A DNA stretch of 64,000 nucleotides, from contig JACDGK010000001.1 in assembly GCA_013815345.1 (NCBI GenBank), positions 3,076 to 67,075 on the forward strand, given 5' to 3'. Positions 56,208-64,000 of the stretch are shown here, one piece after another. A model generated the notes under the pieces. It worked only from the letters and a program-made list of their open reading frames with translations. It was not told where the DNA came from and ran no database searches. Made by a program: the position numbers and the translations under genes. Each line of letters starts with the position of its first letter. Within the stretch, counting starts at the first letter, position 1. Origin of the DNA: Patescibacteria group bacterium. GTDB taxonomy: Bacteria > Patescibacteriota > Minisyncoccia > Phycocordibacterales > Phycocordibacteraceae.

Positions 56208-57382
56208 GTTTGTATCGCTTTGCGCAGCTCGTAAATGTTAGCGTTACAAATATACACCAAGCGGTCGAAATAGGCTTGACTCGTCTCACTACTTCGAGGT
56301 GGCGGAAGCCCTAACGTCTCACAGACCCTCAGATTAACGAACCTTTCGATCTCCAAGAGGGCAAGCTGGACGGCGGCCTCGCGGTTAATCGACGGCTTGA
56401 TGAATTGCGCCCAATAATCGAAATAATACGCAAGGATGCTATATACATCCGAACCGTAGTACTTCTCACTGAGCACTTTCGCAAACCGCCTGAACTGGAG
56501 ACCTGAACCCTTGTTTGCAACTTGGACGCCGCATAGCACCAAGAGCGCAATCGTCCGACATGAGTCGAACATTTCTCGCGTCCCATTAGCAGTCCATGGC
56601 ATAAGCACATCGAAGTAGGAATCGGTTTTGTTTATGGCCCATGCCATTCTTTCAAGACCGAAGCCGATATCGCTGATTGGAATCGCCGGACGGTTCGCTT
56701 GGGGAATAAGAAGATAAGCGGCATCTCCAAGCTCAAGCCCCCCGTAGGAAAAAAAGAGCTCAAGTGCCGAAAATTTCCCGGTTCCCCAATCATTAACGGA
56801 TGTTCTCATGACGACAATGAAGTCGTTCATATGAAGACCGAGCTTTGAAAGAATTGTGCACCAGTGGTCTACTGACCGCAGATGCTCTGCAAACTCTGCC
56901 CCCATCTTTTCCGTGCAAACGTTCACGAAGGAGGTTGATGTCCCTTCTTGCGACTCGACATGCGGTTGAAACTGCATACGAACACATGGCTGCGCCACAA
57001 ACACTTTGTCATTTCTGATTTTTTGATTGCGATGAATGACATCATCAAACATCTGCACACCAGCAATGACCAGGTCAGTCTGACCCTCGAAATTCGCAAT
57101 GTTGCGCGGAGGTGCCAGATCAAAGCCTACCGAACGAAAGTATTCGCTCATCCGTGTGCTGATTTGTACAGGGGTCAGCATCTTCTTCCGCTTGGTATAT
57201 GTGCGGAAAGGATAACCTCCTTTGTCGCACTTATGCCAGCCGCAGACCGAGACATCCATTTTGGTAGATGGCTTAGAGAAAAAAGTTCTGTCACAGGAGC
57301 TACACGAGCGCCCCTGCCATCCTCTTTCGGCCATGAATTCATTCACGGCCTTAGAGGTATCCACAATTGTTGTTTCAGACAT
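56195..57382 (-). CDS. Stand-alone alanyl-tRNA synthetase catalytic-domain paralog (AlaRS-N-like) with a Cys4 insertion
   Basis: LVIAGVQMFDDV (AlaRS motif 1 region FTNAGMNQFKDV), QPCVRMQ (QRCVR), DIGFGLERMAWAINK (DTGMGLERL motif 3) and RTIALLVLCGVQVANKGSGLQFRR (start of the tRNA-recognition domain). It lacks the editing and C-Ala domains. Insertion CSSCDRTFF...CGWHKC. Confidence 0.6.
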   Translation of the reverse strand: MSETTIVDTSKAVNEFMAERGWQGRSCSSCDRTFFSKPSTKMDVSVCGWHKCDKGGYPFRTYTKRKKMLTPVQISTRMSEYFRSVGFDLAPPRNIANFEGQTDLVIAGVQMFDDVIHRNQKIRNDKVFVAQPCVRMQFQPHVESQEGTSTSFVNVCTEKMGAEFAEHLRSVDHWCTILSKLGLHMNDFIVVMRTSVNDWGTGKFSALELFFSYGGLELGDAAYLLIPQANRPAIPISDIGFGLERMAWAINKTDSYFDVLMPWTANGTREMFDSCRTIALLVLCGVQVANKGSGLQFRRFAKVLSEKYYGSDVYSILAYYFDYWAQFIKPSINREAAVQLALLEIERFVNLRVCETLGLPPPRSSETSQAYFDRLVYICNANIYELRKAIQTCKT

Positions 57383-57470
57383 GGGTGTATCTCCAGTTAA
57401 GGTTTCAATGTTCTAAATCTGTACTCTGCCTACAAACTAACGATAATTCTCTTTTTTGTCAATATAGACC

Positions 57471-57499
57471 TTGACTAAATCAATAATTGATATTAATAT
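57471..57499 (+). promoter_or_regulatory. Putative sigma70-type promoter for serS (TTGACT - 17 nt - TAATAT)
   Basis: Consensus-like -35/-10 spacing about 60 nt upstream of the serS ATG. No T-box leader was seen. Confidence 0.3.
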
Positions 57500-57560
57500 T
57501 CCGACCTGTCATCTAAACGTAGTTCATTGAAACCAACAACCCTTTTTAGGAGACAAAGTT

Positions 57561-58850
57561 ATGCTCGATATCCGATTCATTCTCGACAACGTCGAACTGG
57601 TCAGACAAAACACGCAGGACCGGAACGCCAACGCTGATGTTGACAAGACAGTTGCTCTATACGGGCAATTGAAGCAGAAAAGACAGAGTCTCGAAGAGGC
57701 TCAATACCGATCCAACCAGATCTCTGGACAATTCAAGGGTGCCGACGAAGTGACCCGCGAACAACTTAAGACAGAGGTTGCAGGTCTCAAACAGATCATG
57801 GCAACACTTAAGGAAGAGATCGCGGTCATCGAAAAGGAGTACACCGAGGAAGTGCTCAAGATTCCCAATCTTGTCGCTCCCGATGTTCCTTCCGGCAAAG
57901 ATGAGCATGGCAACGTGCCCATCAAGCATGTCGGTGAGCCCACCAAGTTTGGCTTCAAGCCACTCGATCATGTCGAGCTCGGCAAAAAGTTGGACATCCT
58001 GGACTTTGAGGCGGCGGCGAAAGTCACTGGCTCGAAGTTCTACTTCTTGAAGAACGAAGCTGTTCTTCTCGAACTCGGTCTCATCCGCTTCGCACTGGAC
58101 CTGGCGATCAAGCACGGCTTTACGCCGGTGACAACGCCAGAACTTGCTCGTGACGAGATCATCACAGCTTCTGGATTCTCTCCGCGAGGACCCGAAAGCC
58201 AGATCTACTCCCTTACAGAAGGAGACCTGAGCCTTATCGGTACCGCCGAGATCACCATCGGTGGTTATCTGGCCAAGACCGTGATTCCAGAAGAGGATCT
58301 TCCGATCAAGATCTCCGGCGTCAGTCATTGCTTCAGAACTGAAGCTGGTAGCGGCGGTCGTGAGAGCAAGGGACTTTATCGGGTACATCAGTTCAGCAAG
58401 GTCGAACTCTACCAATTCGTTCATCCCGACAAGAGCGCAGCCGCTCACGAAGAGATGCTCGCAATCGAGGAAGAGTTTTATCAAGCCCTGAAACTTCCCT
58501 ACCGCGTTTTGCTCATGTGCAAGGGCGATCTGGGAACCCCCGCGTACCGGAAGTACGACATCGAGGCGTGGATGCCTTTTGTCGGCGAAGGTGGCGGATA
58601 TGGTGAAGTGACGTCCGCGTCAAACTGCACCGATTTCCAAGCACGACGCTTGAACACCAAGTTCAAGAACAGTGCTTCTGGTAAGACTGACTTCGTCCAC
58701 ACCCTCAACGGCACAGCTGTTGCTGTTACTCGAACGATGCTCGCCATCCTCGAGAACAACCAGCAGGCCGACGGTACGGTACTCATTCCCGAAGTGTTGC
58801 ATCCCTACGTTGGGGTGCAGAGCATCAAACCAAAAAACAAGAAATTCTAA
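57561..58850 (+). CDS. serS: Seryl-tRNA synthetase
   Basis: N-terminal coiled-coil arm, class II motif 2 HCFRTEAGSGGRESKGLYRVHQF and motif 3 GTAVAVTRTMLAILENN. Confidence 0.9.
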   Translation: MLDIRFILDNVELVRQNTQDRNANADVDKTVALYGQLKQKRQSLEEAQYRSNQISGQFKGADEVTREQLKTEVAGLKQIMATLKEEIAVIEKEYTEEVLKIPNLVAPDVPSGKDEHGNVPIKHVGEPTKFGFKPLDHVELGKKLDILDFEAAAKVTGSKFYFLKNEAVLLELGLIRFALDLAIKHGFTPVTTPELARDEIITASGFSPRGPESQIYSLTEGDLSLIGTAEITIGGYLAKTVIPEEDLPIKISGVSHCFRTEAGSGGRESKGLYRVHQFSKVELYQFVHPDKSAAAHEEMLAIEEEFYQALKLPYRVLLMCKGDLGTPAYRKYDIEAWMPFVGEGGGYGEVTSASNCTDFQARRLNTKFKNSASGKTDFVHTLNGTAVAVTRTMLAILENNQQADGTVLIPEVLHPYVGVQSIKPKNKKF

Positions 58851-58858
58851 ACCCTATT

Positions 58859-58892
58859 CCCTTAGCAACTGAGTTGCTAAGGGAATTTTTTA
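58859..58892 (+). terminator. Rho-independent terminator CCCTTAGCAAC-TGA-GTTGCTAAGGG followed by AATTTTTTATT
   Basis: 11-bp perfect stem 9 nt after the serS stop. Confidence 0.6.
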
Positions 58893-58931
58893 TTCACAAG
58901 ACTAAAGTGGTAAATTTATACTCCAACTTAA

Positions 58932-59100
58932 CCTAGGACTCGAACCAAATAAATGGCTTCAGATATTGATTTTCTGATTTTGTGCAAAATAGGAAAAGTT
59001 CGAGCCCATGACTCGTTCAAAAACTATGTTGAGAAATATGACCGATTTAGCCGTCTAGGTAGGTCTCACATGACTGCTGCCGCAAAAGGATTCGAACTGT
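58932..59100 (-). other. Two decayed tRNA T-arm-like fragments (CCTAGGACTCGAACC at 58932-58946 and GGATTCGAACT at 59089-59099) without complete cloverleaves
   Basis: Reverse complements contain the canonical GGTTCGAGTCC / GTTCGAATCC T-loop box. The first shares an exact 14-mer with the tRNA-Gln at 61834-61847. Neither has a pairing acceptor or T-stem. Confidence 0.3.
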
Positions 59101-59237
59101 CTCGGTCGCCCTTGACTGCTATGGCTTAGAATATAGGTTTTTTGGTAAAAATGTCCAAAATCGCTTCGCGAGTAAAAATCAAAGGGTCAAAGTATCCAAG
59201 GGCCAAAGAATCAAAATAATACAAAAATACAAAAGTT

Positions 59238-61079
59238 CTAAGCTTCAACCTTGCGGAAACGGAACACAAACTCACGGCCAGAATCCCACCCGCTGCCAGG
59301 CTCCGCCCAACTGCGGTCGAGCCACAAACCGCCGTCATACCGGCGCAGGCGGAAGACGCTCGGGTCGCCATCGCGAGCCGCAATTTGCTTCATACCAATA
59401 TGTACGTATTCTCTTAAGGGTTGGTCTTTATATTTGAGACGATAGTTAGGTCCTGTATCTGGGGGACAGAGTTCCAGTCCGAGGGCTTCCGCTCGTTCAT
59501 AAATCTGATCAGTAGTAGCGTTTGTCTTAAATCCAAGATCGGCGACAGTGAGGCGAACAAGCTTCGCTTCTTCGCGATTTTCGGAAACGGTAAAATCAGG
59601 ATTCCCCATCATTGATTTTGCATAATCAGAGATGTTGATTCCAGCCGATTCCATTTCGGCAATGAGTTGCTCTTTTGACTTTCCTCCTATTTCCACGCTA
59701 TCTCTCCTAATTTTCTTTTCGGGAAATGAGGTATAGACATGTTCTAGATGTTCCGACAATTTTTGAAAAATGCCCGGTTCGAGTTGTCCGACATACGCTT
59801 TAGTTTTTTCAGTTATTTCGCTCGGCACATGAGCGATCTCGTCTCTGGTACATTCAAATATGACAAGCATATCTTCCTCAGTATTTCTCCCTTCCCGAAG
59901 TTCGTCGATACGAGGGTCTTTATCATATCCGAAGCCCTCGATAGTTCCGTTGATTTCGTAAAGAAAGGTTAAGTCGTCTTTAGTAAACGGTTCCTCTTTT
60001 TCACGTTTTTGGTCAAGAGCGGTCAATATTTTCATGTCATTACTCTTCTTGCGATATGAATCAGCTTCGCCACCAAAATCTTGAAGTTTTGCATCAAGTG
60101 CTTCTTGCATGATCGGCTCTACTCCTTGGTGTGGCAAAATACCTCGCACTTCGCCAATCTTGTTCTCTCCATTCATACGGATAGCGAGGCGGGGTTGGGT
60201 CGGCTCGCCTGATGAATCGTTAGTGTAATACACATAAAAATCGCCTGATTCTATCTGCGTCTCGGCCGTCGAACGTCCGGCAGTACACCAGCCAGTGCCC
60301 TTGCCTTCTAGAGATTCAAATAATTGCTCTGCATCACCATTTCTTCCTTGCTGATATTTTTTCCATTCACCCCTGACTTCTTCACGACCTTCCATTGAGG
60401 CTGCGAGAGATTTTGAAATGAGTTCAGCATAAAGAGTTGGAAACTTCTTAGAGAACGCTTCTTTGATTTCTGGTTCCCTGAGGTGCTTGTTATCCTCTTT
60501 TACTTTTAAGTAAATATCGGCAATTTGGGCAAGCGGTTCGCGGTAGATATCCGGATATGGAGCGACTGTTGTACTAGTTCGCTTTTTGAATTCACCTCGT
60601 TCTTTGTCGAATTGGGAAAGCTTGGTGACCTGGTTCCAAGCGTAGTATTTAAACCAAGCAGGATATACCGCATCATTTGAAGAAAGATAGTCAATCCAGG
60701 CATCAAGCGAGTGCTTCTGGTCTTCGATCGCCACGCTCATCATCTGCTCGCGGACGTTTTCTGGAATTTCTTCTACCGCTTGACCTCGCTCACGAGCAAT
60801 ACGTTGCTGGAGCTCGAAATATGATTCTGGAAAGTTCTCTTTCTTGATGATGAATGCGTCGTATATCTTATTCCGAAACATGTCTAGGTTTCGTTCACGA
60901 ACTCGCTCGTCTGGATTGAGAAAAACATTCTCCAAGCGATCCATATACGCCTCAACGCGTTCCGCAGGATCATTTGGTATTTTTTCTTCGGTCTGTCTCT
61001 CTTCTCGCTCCACGGCTCGATTTACCTCAGGAGAGGTTTGGAGTTCTGGGTTTTTGAGATGAAGCGGATGTTTTTCCAT
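59238..61079 (-). CDS. Large hypothetical cytoplasmic protein (613 aa), no recognised domain
   Basis: Long charged ORF (Glu/Lys/Arg-rich), no TM helix, no nucleotide-binding or nuclease motifs found by eye. Confidence 0.6.
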   Translation of the reverse strand: MEKHPLHLKNPELQTSPEVNRAVEREERQTEEKIPNDPAERVEAYMDRLENVFLNPDERVRERNLDMFRNKIYDAFIIKKENFPESYFELQQRIARERGQAVEEIPENVREQMMSVAIEDQKHSLDAWIDYLSSNDAVYPAWFKYYAWNQVTKLSQFDKERGEFKKRTSTTVAPYPDIYREPLAQIADIYLKVKEDNKHLREPEIKEAFSKKFPTLYAELISKSLAASMEGREEVRGEWKKYQQGRNGDAEQLFESLEGKGTGWCTAGRSTAETQIESGDFYVYYTNDSSGEPTQPRLAIRMNGENKIGEVRGILPHQGVEPIMQEALDAKLQDFGGEADSYRKKSNDMKILTALDQKREKEEPFTKDDLTFLYEINGTIEGFGYDKDPRIDELREGRNTEEDMLVIFECTRDEIAHVPSEITEKTKAYVGQLEPGIFQKLSEHLEHVYTSFPEKKIRRDSVEIGGKSKEQLIAEMESAGINISDYAKSMMGNPDFTVSENREEAKLVRLTVADLGFKTNATTDQIYERAEALGLELCPPDTGPNYRLKYKDQPLREYVHIGMKQIAARDGDPSVFRLRRYDGGLWLDRSWAEPGSGWDSGREFVFRFRKVEA

Positions 61080-61170
61080 ACATTGATTTTAGCAAAAATG
61101 AACCTTTTTCGCTATACTATTTTCAGATTGGTTTCATTGAACGGTTACGGCTTTTCAAGACCATTCCGAT

Positions 61171-61665
61171 TCACATATGCTGAGAGCGCAGCCGGAGGGT
61201 CTTAGTTAGAAAGATTGAAACGGATGCGAAAAGTGCAAATCCCGCTCCAAGCAGGATTAGCACATCAGGAGATAGAAATGAGGCTATAGCGCCAGAAATT
61301 ATGCCAGGTAAAGCAGATGCCAGAGATTGCACACTAGCATTTATCCCTAATACTTCTCCTTGCGTATCATTGCCAGTGCTACTGCTTAAAAGACTGGTGA
61401 TCATCGTATAAGACAGGGCGACGCCCAGAGCGATGATAGGTGTGGCAATCAGTAACCAGCCCCATTGGGGAGCCCGTGGTTCCTCATACCTTTCCTTAAA
61501 ACTAGGGTACTCAAAAAACAAGCGTGTGAATTTGTTTTGCTCTTCCTTTGTGGCTGATTTAAGTAGCGCATCCGTAACAAAGTAAACGTTATCGATTCCT
61601 TGGGGATTTTTGGAGAGACGTATTATAGCTAGCAAAACCCGCAACTCTAAGAGTTTCCGCATCAT
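61171..61665 (-). CDS. Hypothetical membrane protein (two or three TM helices)
   Basis: Hydrophobic C-terminal half and no motif. Confidence 0.45.
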   Translation of the reverse strand: MMRKLLELRVLLAIIRLSKNPQGIDNVYFVTDALLKSATKEEQNKFTRLFFEYPSFKERYEEPRAPQWGWLLIATPIIALGVALSYTMITSLLSSSTGNDTQGEVLGINASVQSLASALPGIISGAIASFLSPDVLILLGAGFALFASVSIFLTKTLRLRSQHM

Positions 61666-61822
61666 ACTAGAAGAATGAGTAGTAAGCAGTCACGCCTGTA
61701 TTCTAACGTGGAAAGAAGCAGAATACCATTAGATACCTATAGATACCTACAAAGCTATTTTGAGGCTTTACTCAATCATATTGCGAATCTATAACTTGCT
61801 AGCATCTCGGACTAGCTCAAGT

Positions 61823-61896
61823 TGGCTGCGAGACTAGGACTCGAACCTAGATAACGACCTCCAGAGGGTCGCGTCCTACCATTAGACGATCTCGCA
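61823..61896 (-). tRNA. tRNA-Gln (anticodon CUG), CCA encoded
   Basis: Manual cloverleaf: acceptor UGCGAGA/UCUCGCA (U1-A72), D-arm GUCU-AAUGGUA-GGAC, anticodon arm CGACC-CUCUGGA-GGUCG, variable loop UUAU, T-arm CUAGG-UUCGAGU-CCUAG, discriminator G, CCA. Confidence 0.8.
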
Positions 61897-61917
61897 AGGT
61901 GGCTCTGTGGGCCTTGA

Positions 61918-61937
61918 TAGGCGCGGCTTTGCCGCGC
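61918..61937. terminator. GC-rich hairpin GGCGCGGC-TTTG-CCGCGCC downstream of pyrG
   Basis: 7-8 bp perfect stem between pyrG (minus) and the tRNA. The T-tract is weak. Confidence 0.35.
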
Positions 61938-62018
61938 CATTTGTCTTCTCTATTTAACACTCAACCTACAGACGATACGGGAAAATCACTAAAGAAACAA
62001 GGCCGGAAAGGGCTAGCG

Positions 62019-63686
62019 TTATGATTTCGCTGACTCTTTTCTCTCGAGCGCTGCCTTCAGGAAAGCAGTGAAAAGTGGGTGCGGCGTGAGCGGGCGCGCT
62101 TGGAGTTCAGGGTGGAACTGCGTACCGAGATAGAAGGGGTGCTTTTCACGAGGAAGCTCGGCTATTTCCATGAGCACGCCGTCGGGAGAAACTCCAGAGA
62201 ATACAAGGCCAGCATTTGTAATCTGCTCGATGTAGTCAGGATTGATCTCGTAGCGGTGACGATGACGTTCTTCCACGGACGCGGCGCCGTAGGCGCCGCG
62301 TGCAACCGTTCCCTCTTTCAGGTCTGCTGTATACACCCCGAGTCGCATTGTGCCGCCATACTTTCCTTCTTTAATAAGCGTTGCTTGCTCAGGCATAACG
62401 TCGACAACCGGATTCGTTGTCGTGGGATTGATCTCTACCGTATGCGCATCTTTGAGACCAATCACATTTCGTGCGTATTCGATCACGAGCATGTGCATGC
62501 CGTAGCAGAGACCGAAATACGGAATTTGATGTTCGCGCGCATATTTTGCTGCAAGTATCTTGCCCTCGATACCGGTTTCTCCGAAGCCGCCGGGAACGAT
62601 GATGCCGTCATATTTCGCAAGCGTTTCAATGTCCGTGCCACCACCCGTTTCTTTTGCAAAATCCTTCGCGTTCACCCACTCGATCTTCGGCTTCACGCCG
62701 ATCTCTGCACCGGAAAATTTAAGCGCCTCAATCACCGAAAGATACGCGTCAGAAAGCACGAAGTCGCCCGTATCAAAATACTTACCCACAATACCGATCG
62801 TGAGAACCTTATCACTTTTCTTTGAACGTTCAACGAAGTTTCGCCAGTCACGCATGTCAGCAGGGACTTCTTTTGAAAGTGCGAGTGCGTCAAGCAGCAG
62901 ATCGCCGAAATGATCCTTCTCAAAGTTTAGTGGCACGTCATAAATACTTTCGACATCGGGTGCCGAGATGATGTGGTCAGGACGGACGTTACACCAAATA
63001 GCGAGTTTCTCTTTTCGCTTCTCATCCATCGAAGTATTCGAGCGAGCGATAATGAAGTCGGGCTGTACACCGTATGAATTTAACTCGCGCACTGCAGTCT
63101 GCGTTGGCTTGGTTTTCATTTCACCAATAGTGTTCGGAACCGGTAAATACGAGACGAGCAAGTAGCGCACGTCGTCAGGATGCTTAAGACGCATTACACG
63201 AGCAGCTTCGATGAAAAGCGCATTCTGAAAATCTCCAACCGTTCCCCCTATTTCGATGACAGAAATTTGGCTGCCGTTGTGGGCAGCCGCAGCTTCAATG
63301 CGTTGAATGATTTCATCTCGCACGTGCGGAATCGCCTCAACGAATTTTCCGTTGTATCCCAAACTACGCTCTCTGGTGATAACCGCCTGATATACCATGC
63401 CACTCGTCATGTAGTCTTCGGGCGTAAGATCACGGCCGAGAAACCGTTCGTAGTTTCCCATGTCCTGATCGGTTTCAAGCCCACTACGAAGCACAAAAAC
63501 TTCGCCATGCTCGGTGGGGTTCATCGTGCCGGCATCGACATTCAAATACGGATCGATCTTTACGAGATTTACCCCGAAGCCGCGCTCCTTCAGAATGAGG
63601 CCCGTTGAAGAAGTCACGATGCCTTTCCCGACGCCTGACATCACCCCGCCCAGTACGAAAATATATTTATGACCTTCCGTTGCCAT
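62019..63686 (-). CDS. pyrG: CTP synthase
   Basis: N-terminal KYIFVLGGVMSGVGKG amidoligase P-loop and a C-terminal GATase domain (GLCYGMH). Length 555 aa. Confidence 0.95.
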   Translation of the reverse strand: MATEGHKYIFVLGGVMSGVGKGIVTSSTGLILKERGFGVNLVKIDPYLNVDAGTMNPTEHGEVFVLRSGLETDQDMGNYERFLGRDLTPEDYMTSGMVYQAVITRERSLGYNGKFVEAIPHVRDEIIQRIEAAAAHNGSQISVIEIGGTVGDFQNALFIEAARVMRLKHPDDVRYLLVSYLPVPNTIGEMKTKPTQTAVRELNSYGVQPDFIIARSNTSMDEKRKEKLAIWCNVRPDHIISAPDVESIYDVPLNFEKDHFGDLLLDALALSKEVPADMRDWRNFVERSKKSDKVLTIGIVGKYFDTGDFVLSDAYLSVIEALKFSGAEIGVKPKIEWVNAKDFAKETGGGTDIETLAKYDGIIVPGGFGETGIEGKILAAKYAREHQIPYFGLCYGMHMLVIEYARNVIGLKDAHTVEINPTTTNPVVDVMPEQATLIKEGKYGGTMRLGVYTADLKEGTVARGAYGAASVEERHRHRYEINPDYIEQITNAGLVFSGVSPDGVLMEIAELPREKHPFYLGTQFHPELQARPLTPHPLFTAFLKAALERKESAKS

Positions 63687-63691
63687 ATGCC

Positions 63692-64000
63692 CTACACGTG
63701 AAGATAGCGACGAACGGCAAGATAGCTGGCGAAACCGCCGAGCAAAATACCTGAACCGAGAACAATACCTCCTACTCTAAGGAAGTTTGCGGTGTAGTAC
63801 GCGAAGAGATCAAAACCACCGAGCCAATTCGAAAGATGGGTGCCCGCATACCACGTTGCAGGTGTAAAAAGGAGAAGGGCCAGAATGGCAGATAGCACGC
63901 CGGCGAGGACGCCGGCGACAATAAACGGCCCCCGAATATAGGCATTGGAAGCGCCCACGAGGCGCATAACCGCAATTTCGTCTCGTGCGCTGTAGATAGC
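63692..64000 (-). CDS. ftsX: Cell-division ABC permease-like protein FtsX (3' part; the gene continues beyond the window end)
   Basis: The C-terminal FtsX signature ...DEIAVMRLVGASNAYIRGPF... reads through the listed ATG, and the frame is open to position 64000. Confidence 0.75.
   Translation of the reverse strand, partial: AIYSARDEIAVMRLVGASNAYIRGPFIVAGVLAGVLSAILALLLFTPATWYAGTHLSNWLGGFDLFAYYTANFLRVGGIVLGSGILLGGFASYLAVRRYLHV

Noticed and set aside
57383-57560. Possible T-box riboswitch leader for serS
   Set aside because: The leader is only about 175 nt, and no AATTAGGGTGGNACCGCG T-box sequence or specifier-loop structure was recognised.
57657-58484. 275-aa minus-strand ORF
   Set aside because: Antisense to serS, which has unambiguous class II aaRS motifs.
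58900-59240. Complete tRNA genes in the serS downstream gap
   Set aside because: T-loop boxes are present, but flanking sequences do not form acceptor or T-stems on either strand. They are treated as decayed fragments.
62079-62825. 248-aa + strand ORF
   Set aside because: Antisense to pyrG.

Overview
This is a gene-dense bacterial window of about 64 kb with roughly 50% GC and standard stop codons. Most genes lie on the minus strand. The housekeeping and transport backbone is clear: htpX, lemA, groES-groEL, secG, an oligopeptide-type ABC binding protein, RNase J, msrB-msrA, a NitT/TauT-type ABC ATPase/permease pair, a heterodimeric ABC exporter pair, PAP2, DsbA, a DEAD-box helicase, typA, a GH18 hydrolase, mltG, RadC, a GIY-YIG nuclease, an ABC-F protein, Nramp, ZIP, MFS, three NUDIX genes, an S9 peptidase, an S51 peptidase, serS, pyrG, a partial ftsX, and one tRNA-Gln(CUG). 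There are no CRISPR arrays, rRNA genes, transposases or integrases. Several stretches look accessory and are the main candidates for something new. (1) A two-component system (OmpR-type regulator and a polytopic histidine kinase) brackets an E1-like ThiF-family adenylyltransferase and an overlapping small protein that looks like a GNAT/LuxI-like N-acyltransferase. (2) A stand-alone paralog of the alanyl-tRNA synthetase catalytic domain, carrying a four-cysteine insertion, sits divergent from serS. (3) Next to it is a GuaA-like gene that keeps the glutamine amidotransferase and PP-loop motifs but has a degenerate C-terminal half. (4) A 613-aa orphan protein and a small membrane protein lie between tRNA-Gln and decayed tRNA T-arm fragments, which suggests a small integrated islet. 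(5) Two secreted proteins have N-terminal signal peptides interrupted by -1/+1 frame breaks. (6) A histone H1-like Lys/Ala-rich protein is present. (7) RNase J and the DEAD-box helicase both carry Arg/Gly-rich low-complexity N-terminal extensions. (8) A GC-rich, hairpin-rich 450-bp leader precedes the DEAD-box helicase. Rho-independent terminators, two small unannotated ORFs (one lmo0937-family) and two HhH-GPD glycosylases lacking the 4Fe-4S cysteine motif are also noted. Gene content (htpX, lemA, RadC, many NUDIX genes, small secreted T/S/A-rich proteins) is compatible with a small-genome, possibly Patescibacteria-like organism, but that is inference only.
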